A stretch of DNA of 58,761 bases from Nitrospira sp. (GTDB lineage: Bacteria; Pseudomonadota; Gammaproteobacteria; Acidiferrobacterales; SPGG2): the NCBI GenBank assembly GCA_019456345.1, contig VRUB01000002.1:1-58761 (forward strand). The letters run 5' to 3'. Each line of letters opens with the position of its first letter. Positions within the stretch are counted from its first letter, which is position 1. A model generated the notes under the pieces. That model did not search any database. It saw only the letters and a program-made list of their open reading frames with translations, and was not told the DNA's origin. Of the stretch, positions 10,144 through 18,104 are shown piece after piece. Position numbers and translations under genes: made by a program.

Positions 10144-10145
10144 AT

Positions 10146-10832
10146 ATGTCCTACATCCTGGACGCCTTAAGGAAGTCGGAACAGGAACGCGAGTTCAGTC
10201 GTGTCGTGATGCCGCCGGATGATCGCGGCGCCTTTTCTGGCTTCATGAAGCGACCGCTGTGGCCGCTGGCCGTCGGGGCGGCATTGGTGCTGATCGTGTT
10301 GGCCACCTCGATTCGGGTGTGGTGGGAACCGGGCCGCCCGGCTCCCGTGGTCAGTCCGGCGCCACCACTGGCAGCGGTCGTCACCTCCGGCCCTGTTGCC
10401 GTAGACGTGGCGCCGGTAAAACGCGAGGTCCGTGATTTGGCCAAACAGCTGGCAGTCGTGTCACGCAAACCCAAGCGCAAGCGCACCGCCAAGGTCACGG
10501 AACCGCCGCCCGTCGCCACCCGTGCGGCGGGTACCGCGGCGCCCACACCGACGGCAGCGGCCGCGGTTGAGGTGTGGCAGACGCTACCGGATCCGAGCCT
10601 CATCCCGTTTCTGCGCCAGATGCCGGATCGCTTCCGGCGCAATATTCCCAAGATGGCGATCAACGTGCACCTCTACTCCGCCGATGAGGATGAGAACCTG
10701 GTGTACATTAATAATCGCCAGTACCGGAAGGGCGAGAAGATCGAAGGCAAGATCTGGATCGAGGCAATCGTCGAGGAAGGTGTTGTAATGATCTATGAAG
10801 GTACGCGGTTCAAGCTTCCCCGCCCGAATTAA
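10146..10832 (+). CDS. gspB: GspB/ExeB-like general secretion pathway protein B
   Basis: Start set to ATG 10146, 2 nt after the exeA stop, which gives the family-typical N-terminus MSYILDALRKSEQERE. One TM segment, a Pro/Ala-rich linker and a conserved C-terminal domain. Confidence 0.75.
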   Translation: MSYILDALRKSEQEREFSRVVMPPDDRGAFSGFMKRPLWPLAVGAALVLIVLATSIRVWWEPGRPAPVVSPAPPLAAVVTSGPVAVDVAPVKREVRDLAKQLAVVSRKPKRKRTAKVTEPPPVATRAAGTAAPTPTAAAAVEVWQTLPDPSLIPFLRQMPDRFRRNIPKMAINVHLYSADEDENLVYINNRQYRKGEKIEGKIWIEAIVEEGVVMIYEGTRFKLPRPN

Positions 10833-10945
10833 AACTTCAAAACAAAACTTCCAACGCAAAGATTTTTTAGTTAACGCGTCAGCTACTCCATATTGACACG
10901 TAGGCTGTATCCCCAGAAAAGCCCTGGAAAGAACGCGGAGAACGC

Positions 10946-11200
10946 ACGACCCCATGGATGGACGACTCCATGGATGGAGGACGACTGCAGGGAGGCAGGA
11001 GCTAGGGCAACGCCGGGAGCACGACTACAGGGAAGTAGGAGTTAGGGTAACGCCTGGAGCAGTTACCGAGTTGCCGAGGTAGATCGCGTCGGGAACAGCG
11101 ATCGACGACTCCAGGGATGGAGGACGACTGCAGGGAGGCAGGAGCTAGGGCAACGCAGGAGCAGTTGCCGAAGTAGAATCGCATCGGGAACAGCGATCGA
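10946..11200. repeat. Complex tandem repeat (iteron-like 19-mers nested in a ~143-bp duplication)
   Basis: ACGACNNCANGGANGNAGG-type units start at 10946, 10962, 10981, 11021, 11105 and 11124. 10961-11012 and 11104-11155 are 51/52 identical. 11054-11103 and 11157-11199 are related. Lies between the convergent gspB and thioesterase genes. Confidence 0.8.
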
Positions 11201-11405
11201 GAGCGGCGGAGCACGCGGAGTACTTCCGCCCGGTACCTTTCGCACCGCGTCGGGGTGCTCGTCGATTTTCTGGTCGAGCGCTTTGGGGATAATCCTAATT
11301 GGGACACCTTTCTGGCGCAGCAGGGCCGGGCGTGATCATTCCACCGCTGTTGGCTACGAGTAACGCTTGCGCCGCGTCGCAGGAGCTCGGCACCAGGCGG
11401 AAACC

Positions 11406-11843
11406 TCAAGTGTCAGGCGCGGAGTTCTTTGCTCGCTGGGCAAGCCCGGACGTTTTTTCCAGGACCCGCCGATCAAAGCGCGCGACGTCGACGATGATAC
11501 GCTCGTGCGTGCCCTCGCCGATCAGCTCGTGCTCGTCCTCGGCCGAGACCTGGAAGGTGAGCCTGCGGCCGTCCACCTCGATCAGCTCGGCGCGTGCGTG
11601 CACGCGCATACCGACGGGAGTGGCGGCAACGTGCGAGACGTTGAGGTGAATACCGAGGGTCTGGTAGCCATTGGGAAGGCGCGTCTCCACCGCGGCCAGC
11701 GCCGCCGCCTCCATCAGGTTGACCATAACTGGGGTAGCGAGCACTGCGATCTGGCCGCTGCCCACGTGGGCCGCGGTGTGCTCGGTGCCAACGATGAGCT
11801 CGGCGCGGCCTTCTGCACCGGGTGAAAGGGCAATTCTGTGCAT
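11406..11843 (-). CDS. Hotdog-fold thioesterase, FlK-like family
   Basis: 145 aa. The blocks ATPVMVNLMEAAA, VSHVAATPVG, EVDGRRLTF.VSA and IGEGTHERIIV match my recollection of the fluoroacetyl-CoA thioesterase (FlK) family. Confidence 0.85.
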   Translation of the reverse strand: MHRIALSPGAEGRAELIVGTEHTAAHVGSGQIAVLATPVMVNLMEAAALAAVETRLPNGYQTLGIHLNVSHVAATPVGMRVHARAELIEVDGRRLTFQVSAEDEHELIGEGTHERIIVDVARFDRRVLEKTSGLAQRAKNSAPDT

Positions 11844-12117
11844 AGATTTTGTGCGGACCGGGGCCGGATACGATCAAGGGCAAAGCCAGACTTTGAACCG
11901 TGGCAACAGGAAGTTCAAGTTATGGGAAAAGGGGCATTGCCATTGCCCTACAAATTGCGGCCTGCCCTCCTGACACCCGTTAACACCGGCGTGCTTTTTG
12001 AACGGGGCTGCGGTCGAGACATGAATTGTCCTGGTGTTATCGCGCGAGGCCAAGGATTGACCTGCGAACGGACGCCTCGCTACCCTCGGTCTTGGCTGGA
12101 GATTCTGTAGGCCAGCG

Positions 12118-15100
12118 TCAGGCCAGGTTCGCGAGCGCGGCCTCTGCTTCCGTGAGGTAGAACCCCATATTCATCTCGCGGTACTGCCGGACGGCGCGGG
12201 AAAGGTGCTCATGGGCCTGCGCTCGCTCACCGATGCGTTGGTAAAGCGTCCCCAAGCCGCGGTGGCAGTGCGCCACAAGCGGGCGCATGCCGAGCTCGTC
12301 GGCCAGCGCAAGCGCTCGACGATAATGGTCCTCGGCCTGGGCCACCTCCGGGGGGTCGTGGCGGGCGCTGATCTCGCCGAGAAGCTGTGAGGCACTCGCC
12401 TGGCTCCCGCGGTACCCGCGCTCGGCAGCTAGCTCGGCGGTGCGCGAGGCAGCCTCGGCGGCCTCGTTTATCTTCCCGGCCAGGAGATGTACGGTGCCGA
12501 GCGCGGTCGCCGCCGTCGGTGTGTCAAAGATCTTGACCGCCGGGGTCAGAGCCTCACTTTCCTCAACGGTAAGCGAGGCCTCGGTGACCCGCCCGCACAA
12601 CGCGTACGCCACGCCCAGCACGGCGGCAGTCGTTGGGAGAATTGCGCGGAGATCCGAGTTCTTGCAGAGTTCGACGGCGCGCTCGAGCACAGGGATCGCC
12701 TGAGCGAGGTCGCCGCGAAGGAGCTGGACGTGACCCGTATTGAGGTACGCGGCGGCGACGCTGTAGGGCTGGCCGACGGCCTCGGCAATCGAGACCGCTT
12801 CCCCCACAGCCACCGCTGTGTCTCCGAACTCGCCACGCTCGGCGAGGGACCAGGCGAGCCAGATGCGTGACAGCACGGACGGCAAGCCGGTGAGGCCGAA
12901 CCGTTCGTAGGCGCGCTTGCCCTCGAGAACCGCCACGTTTCGCTGGCAGTGTTCGATCGCGCGACGATAGTCGCCCACGTTGAAATGGCCCTGCCCGAGG
13001 AAGAAGTTCGCCACGACCTGGAGCGCGAAGGGTGTCTGACGGCGAAGCCCTGGTTCGGCCAGGGCAATGGTCAGGGCGCGCTGGCCTAGCTCCTCGGCTC
13101 GACGCGGATCGCCCATGCGCCAGAGATACTGGCTCAGATAGGCGGAGGCCCACCCCAGCCGGTCTTGATCCCCCAGGGCCGAGGCAAGCCGCTCCGCGTC
13201 GCGAAGGTGCTCGAGGACGCGCTCGTGTTCGCCGAAGGCCTGGAGCGCGCTTCGCAGGTCGAACCGGACGTCGATCGCCTGCTGGCGCGTCTCGCGGGTC
13301 TCAGACACATGGTCGAGAGCGACCAGCGCCTGCTCGAAACCGGAAGCCGCCTCGCGGTAGGCGCTGCGCGCCGCGGCTTTGGCGCCAGCTTGACGGAGAA
13401 AACCCACAGCGCGGTCCCACTGCTCGCCACGGAAGGCGTGATGGGCGAGCCGCTCCACTTGCTCGGCCAAGCGATCGCCGTAGAGTCGCTCGATGGCCTC
13501 GACAATGCGGGCGTGACGCTCGCGGCGCTGCTCATTGAGCAGGGTTCCGTAGGCCACCTCGTGGGTGAGCCCGTGCTTGAAGGTGTACTCGAGATCCGGG
13601 AACAGGTTTGTTTCGTAGAGGAACTCCGTGACTTGCAGGTGCGCCAGACCCTGACGTAGCGGAAGCTCGTCCTGGTCGCACACGGCCTGGAGTAGCGCAA
13701 ACGGCACATCCTTGCCGATCACCGCGGCCGTCGCGAGCAAGCGCTTCTCCTCAGCCGGCAGCCGGTCGATCCGGGCCGCAAGCATGGCCTGCACCGTCGA
13801 CGGCACCCGGATAGCGTCGGTCGGCCTCGCCAAGCGGTAGGCCCCGCGCTCGCCAACGAGCGCCTTGGTCTCCGCCAGCGTCTGCACGCTCTCCTCCAGA
13901 AAGAACGGGTTTCCCTCCGTGCGCTCGATGAGAAGCCGCATGAGCGGCTGCAGGCTCGGATCGCCTCCCAAAAGTGCCCTCAGTAGCTCGTCTGCGCTCT
14001 CCGGCGGCAGCGGATCGAGTCCAAGCTGGGTGTAGTAGGTCTTGCTGCCCCAGCGCTGTTCGTACTCGGGGCGGTAGTTCACCAGCAGCAGCAACCGGGC
14101 AGTCGGGACGCTTTCCACCAGGCTGTCCAGCAGGGTCTGGGTCTCGTTGTCGATCCAGTGCAGGTCCTCGACGACCACCAGCAGCGGCTGAACCTGGCTC
14201 TCCCGCAGGAGAAGCCGCTTCACAGCCTCGAGCGTTTGCTGGCGGCGTTGGTGCGGGTCGAGAGTCTGCCACGAGGCGTCCTCGACGGGCACATCCAGGA
14301 GCGCCAGTAATGCCGGGAGCGTTGGCTCCAGGACCCGGTCGAGAGTCAGCAACTTCCCCGTCAGCGTCTCGCGAATTTTCCGATGATCGTCTCGATCCTC
14401 AAGCTGGAAGTACCCCTTGAGGAGATTGATGACCGGCAGGTACGGCGTCGCCTTCCCATAGGAGACCGAGCTCGCTTGCACGATGAGCCAACCGTCGACG
14501 CGATGGGAATGCGTTACCTCCCACACGAGCCGGGACTTGCCGACACCGGCCTCGCCGACGATAGCGACGACCTGGCCATGCATGGCCGCAGTCCGCTCGA
14601 GCGCCTGGCGAAGCTGCTCGAGCTCGGTCTCCCGCCCGACGAAGCGGGTTAGCCCGCGCGCAACGGCGGCACCGAGGCGAGACCGAACCGGCCCCGCCCC
14701 GGTCAGCTCATAGACGTCGATGGGGGCTTTCAAACCCTTAATCGGGACCGGTCCGAGCGGCTTGACCTCGATGTAGCCCTCAGCGAGCCGCAGCGTGTCC
14801 GCGGTCAGGAGGGTGCTGCCGGGGTCGGCCAACTGCTCCATGCGAGCGGCGAGATGCGTGCTCTCTCCCACCGCCGCGTAGTCCATCCGTAGATCACTGC
14901 CGATGGCGCGGACGACCACCTCGCCGGAGTTGAGGCCGACGCGAATCTGTGCCTTGACCCCGTGAGAGCGTCTCACCTCCTCGGCATAGCGTCGGATGGT
15001 GGCCTGCATGTCGAGAGCAGCGTAGCACGCGCGCTGGGCGTGATCTTCGTGTGCCACGGGCGCACCGAAAAGCGCCATGATCCCGTCGCCCCTGACCTCG

Positions 15101-15513
15101 CTGACGGTGCCCTCGTAGCGGTGGACAGCTTCCATCATCCGCTCCACCACGGGGTCGAGCAGGTCGTGGGCCTCCTCGGGATCGCGGTCAGCGAGGAGTT
15201 CCATAGAGCCCTTGAGGTCAGCGAAGAGAGTCGTGACCTGCTTGCGCTCGCCTTCGAGGGCCGCCCGGGAGGTCAGGATTTTATCGGCGAGGTGCTTAGG
15301 CGTGTACGTGCCAGGCGAACCGAACTTCGGTGAAGGTAGCGGGCCAGCTGCGGCGGCAGCCCCAGCCATTGGATGCCCGCACTTCTTGCAGAACTTCGCA
15401 GTGGGACGATTCGACTTTCCGCAACTGGGGCAAGCCGTTTCAAGCTGAGAGCCGCATTCTTCGCAAAAAGCAGCGTCAGCAGGATTCGGCGCGTGGCACT
15501 GCGGACACTCCAT
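12118..15513 (-). CDS. Multidomain signalling protein: double Zn-ribbon, class III adenylate/guanylate cyclase, STAND/AAA ATPase, TPR-like C-terminal region
   Basis: 1131 aa. Four CxxC pairs in the first 47 aa. Cyclase blocks TLFADLKGS, VRGDGIMALFGAP and VGLNSGEVV. P-loop IVGEAGVGKSRL. About 500 aa of helical repeats at the C-terminus. GGAGG lies 7 nt upstream of the ATG. Confidence 0.92.
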   Translation of the reverse strand: MECPQCHAPNPADAAFCEECGSQLETACPSCGKSNRPTAKFCKKCGHPMAGAAAAAGPLPSPKFGSPGTYTPKHLADKILTSRAALEGERKQVTTLFADLKGSMELLADRDPEEAHDLLDPVVERMMEAVHRYEGTVSEVRGDGIMALFGAPVAHEDHAQRACYAALDMQATIRRYAEEVRRSHGVKAQIRVGLNSGEVVVRAIGSDLRMDYAAVGESTHLAARMEQLADPGSTLLTADTLRLAEGYIEVKPLGPVPIKGLKAPIDVYELTGAGPVRSRLGAAVARGLTRFVGRETELEQLRQALERTAAMHGQVVAIVGEAGVGKSRLVWEVTHSHRVDGWLIVQASSVSYGKATPYLPVINLLKGYFQLEDRDDHRKIRETLTGKLLTLDRVLEPTLPALLALLDVPVEDASWQTLDPHQRRQQTLEAVKRLLLRESQVQPLLVVVEDLHWIDNETQTLLDSLVESVPTARLLLLVNYRPEYEQRWGSKTYYTQLGLDPLPPESADELLRALLGGDPSLQPLMRLLIERTEGNPFFLEESVQTLAETKALVGERGAYRLARPTDAIRVPSTVQAMLAARIDRLPAEEKRLLATAAVIGKDVPFALLQAVCDQDELPLRQGLAHLQVTEFLYETNLFPDLEYTFKHGLTHEVAYGTLLNEQRRERHARIVEAIERLYGDRLAEQVERLAHHAFRGEQWDRAVGFLRQAGAKAAARSAYREAASGFEQALVALDHVSETRETRQQAIDVRFDLRSALQAFGEHERVLEHLRDAERLASALGDQDRLGWASAYLSQYLWRMGDPRRAEELGQRALTIALAEPGLRRQTPFALQVVANFFLGQGHFNVGDYRRAIEHCQRNVAVLEGKRAYERFGLTGLPSVLSRIWLAWSLAERGEFGDTAVAVGEAVSIAEAVGQPYSVAAAYLNTGHVQLLRGDLAQAIPVLERAVELCKNSDLRAILPTTAAVLGVAYALCGRVTEASLTVEESEALTPAVKIFDTPTAATALGTVHLLAGKINEAAEAASRTAELAAERGYRGSQASASQLLGEISARHDPPEVAQAEDHYRRALALADELGMRPLVAHCHRGLGTLYQRIGERAQAHEHLSRAVRQYREMNMGFYLTEAEAALANLA

Positions 15514-15929
15514 ACCGGTTCCTCCGGTTAGATCGACCGGTGAAGGGGGACAACGCTGCCGCTAGGCTAGTCCTTGACCCAACACGGGTCAACCGCTACC
15601 CGGCGCGGACAGTGAATCTTGGTGTCATAACGAGGAAAAAATTTTTTCGATATTCCAGTCCCAGCAATACGGAATTTGGAAAGGATATGGAGAAGTTGAG
15701 GCCAGGCTTGCGATTACGTTATTTTACAAAGTGTCATCATGGGGTCATCAGGGCGCCAGTCTGGCGATTATGCGTTTCGGTGGGGCTTGCAAGAAAGGCA
15801 CCGTGGTTTGTAAAGGGGGTAGGCAGGAGCTCCTTGGACCGGGCGATTCACGGGGTGATGCGGCCTGGAGAGGGAGAAAGGTGCCGAGAACCTCTTACGC
15901 CGAGGCCAATCTGGCGGGGGCATTTCTTG

Positions 15930-17183
15930 CTACTTGGCACTTGCTACTGATGTTTCAATATCTATCTCCGAGCGCAATGTCCGGTGCACCGGACACTTGT
16001 TGGCGATCTCAAACAGCAGTTGCCGTTGCTCGGATGTGAGCTCCCCTTCGAGAAAAAGCTCGCGCTCAATACGGTCGACCTTTCCTTCCTTGGTCTCACA
16101 GTGCTCGCAGTCTTCGGCGTGGATTTTCTGATGATTGAGTTTCACTGATATCTTGTCGAGCGGCAGTTTCTTGTAATCGGCATACATACGCAACGTCATG
16201 CTCGTGCAGGCGCCCAGGCTTGCCAGTAGCAGCTCGTACGGATCCGGACCGATGTCGCGCCCGCCATTTTTCACGGGTTCGTCGGCCAACAGGTGATGGG
16301 ATCGGGTCAAAACGTCCTGCCCAAACTTCCCATCGTTTTCCCGTACAAGCACCTCACCGCGATCGAGCGAAGGCCGCGCCCCGGTGTCTGTGGGTTGCTG
16401 CGCCGCGGGCACGTAGCGACGTGCCCAGGCCGCGATGGTATCGGCCACGTACTGCGAGTCTTGCCTGCGGTTGAGAAGATGATCGGCGTCGTCCAGCGAA
16501 ATAAAGCTCTTCGGGTGCTTTGCAGCCTCGAAGATGCGGCGCGCGTTGTCTATGTCAACGATTTCATCGTGCGGCGAGTGGAAAATCAGTAATGCTTTTT
16601 TCATTCGCGCGATCTGGGTGTGTAGATTCTGGCCGGAAATATCGTCCAGGAATTGTTTCTTGATCTTGAAGCTGCGTCCCGCCAGGATCACAGTGGCCTC
16701 GCCCTGCGCCTCGATCTCGTCGAGCTTCGTTCGAAACAAATGGCTGACATGCTCCGGATCGGCCGGCGCACCGATGACGACTACCGCCTTGGCCTCCGGA
16801 ATCTTTCCTGCCGCTGACAGCACGGCCGCACCGCCTAAGCTATGACCGATGAGAATCGTGGGCGCACCCAGAGTGGTTCTCATATAGTCAGCAGCACAGA
16901 TCAGATCGGCAATGTTCGACGAGAAGTTGGTATTGGCAAAATCCCCCTCGCTGTTTCCCAGCCCGGTAAAGTCAAAACGCACGACCGCGATGCCCTTGGC
17001 GGCGAGCGCACGGCTGATGCGCGAGGCCGCCGCGACATCCTTGGAGCAGGTGAAACAGTGCGCGAACAGCGCGTAGGCGATGGGCTCGATGGCCGGGCGC
17101 TCCAGCAGGGCGTCCAGCTGCTCGCCGTCCTGGTTGGGAAAGGTCAGCTTCTCCTTGCGGTTTGTTAGCCCGGTAGATGTCAT
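15930..17183 (-). CDS. Bifunctional alpha/beta hydrolase / OsmC family protein
   Basis: N-terminal alpha/beta hydrolase with nucleophile elbow GHSLGG. C-terminal OsmC/Ohr-like domain (GPDPYELLLASLGACTSMTLRMYA ... KCPVHRTL). GGGAGG SD upstream. Confidence 0.9.
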   Translation of the reverse strand: MTSTGLTNRKEKLTFPNQDGEQLDALLERPAIEPIAYALFAHCFTCSKDVAAASRISRALAAKGIAVVRFDFTGLGNSEGDFANTNFSSNIADLICAADYMRTTLGAPTILIGHSLGGAAVLSAAGKIPEAKAVVVIGAPADPEHVSHLFRTKLDEIEAQGEATVILAGRSFKIKKQFLDDISGQNLHTQIARMKKALLIFHSPHDEIVDIDNARRIFEAAKHPKSFISLDDADHLLNRRQDSQYVADTIAAWARRYVPAAQQPTDTGARPSLDRGEVLVRENDGKFGQDVLTRSHHLLADEPVKNGGRDIGPDPYELLLASLGACTSMTLRMYADYKKLPLDKISVKLNHQKIHAEDCEHCETKEGKVDRIERELFLEGELTSEQRQLLFEIANKCPVHRTLRSEIDIETSVASAK

Positions 17184-17410
17184 GCTGTGTTGCCTCCCTA
17201 TCGTCGGACTTGGTGAGACGGCACCGATGCGGTGCGCGCTTTCGGCGCGGTTATAGTAACCTCATCGCAGAGAGTTTCGCCTATTTGTGCCGGCGTCCTT
17301 TTTACCATTGCCTATGACAGCGGCCGTTGTGAAGGACCGTCGGTCACACTCTGTTAATCTCGCTCGCGAAAAGCGTTAGCATTGGCTCACACGACTTGAA
17401 GTGGGTTGCG

Positions 17411-18016
17411 ATGGCGATGGCTGCAGCAGGGCTTGCAGCCGCTGCCTCCACAATGCAGCGGGCGGTGATCTGCGTGCTGATCGGCTTGTGTTTGGCCGGC
17501 CCTGCTGCGGTGCAAGGGGCTCAGACGTCCAAAGGAGGTGCTGCGATGGCGTTGACAATCACATCCCCGGCATTCGCTCACAACGGCGAAATCCCAAAGA
17601 AGTATACGTGCGACGGCGATGATGTCTCGCCGGCGCTCGCGTGGGCGGGGGTGCCGGAAGGCACCAAGAGCCTGGCGCTGATCGTGGACGATCCCGATGC
17701 GCCAGACCCGGCGGCGCCGCAGATGACCTGGGTCCACTGGGTGCTCTATAACATTCCACCGGATGCGACGGCTTTGTCTGAAGCAGTTGCGCCCACGGCC
17801 CTGCCTGCGGGCACGCGGGAAGGCCTCAACGACTGGAACCGTACCGGCTACGGTGGACCCTGCCCGCCGATCGGACGGCATCGATACTTCCACAAGCTCT
17901 ACGCGCTGAACACCGTGCTGCCCGATTTCGGCAAGCCGAGCAAGGCCAAGCTCGAGAAGGCCATGGAAGGACACATCCTCGAGCAGGTGGAATTGATCGG
18001 GACTTACGAAAGATAG
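17411..18016 (+). CDS. YbhB/YbcL family PEBP (Raf kinase inhibitor-like) protein, secreted
   Basis: Blocks TCDGDDVSPAL.W, DDPDAP, HWVLYNIP and GYGGPCPP.G.HRY. N-terminal signal-peptide-like segment. Start uncertain: TTG 17396 in the ORF track, first ATG at 17411. Confidence 0.88.
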   Translation: MAMAAAGLAAAASTMQRAVICVLIGLCLAGPAAVQGAQTSKGGAAMALTITSPAFAHNGEIPKKYTCDGDDVSPALAWAGVPEGTKSLALIVDDPDAPDPAAPQMTWVHWVLYNIPPDATALSEAVAPTALPAGTREGLNDWNRTGYGGPCPPIGRHRYFHKLYALNTVLPDFGKPSKAKLEKAMEGHILEQVELIGTYER

Positions 18017-18025
18017 CGGCGAGTG

Positions 18026-18104
18026 CCGAGTAGCTGGTAGCGAGGAAAAACCCCTCGATGGCCTTTGCAATCCCTAGCTACTCGCTACTACGGACTCGCT
18101 ACTG
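18026..18104. repeat. Palindromic AGTAGC(G/T)-word unit between convergent genes (possible bidirectional terminator / REP-like)
   Basis: CCGAGTAGCTGGTAGCGAGG (18026-18045) faces CCCTAGCTACTCGCTACTACGGACTCGCTACTG (18072-18104). CGAGTAGCT pairs with AGCTACTCG. ACTCGCTACT occurs twice. Confidence 0.5.

Noticed and set aside
10946-11200. CRISPR array hypothesis for the tandem repeats
   Set aside because: The repeat units abut each other or are separated by other repeated sequence rather than by unique spacers of constant length. There are no cas genes and no leader.
12118-15513. Interpreting the cyclase-STAND-TPR protein as an Avs/NLR-like antiphage defence gene
   Set aside because: There is no nuclease/TIR/protease effector domain, no neighbouring effector or other defence genes, and no mobile-element context. 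The architecture is that of known signalling cyclases.
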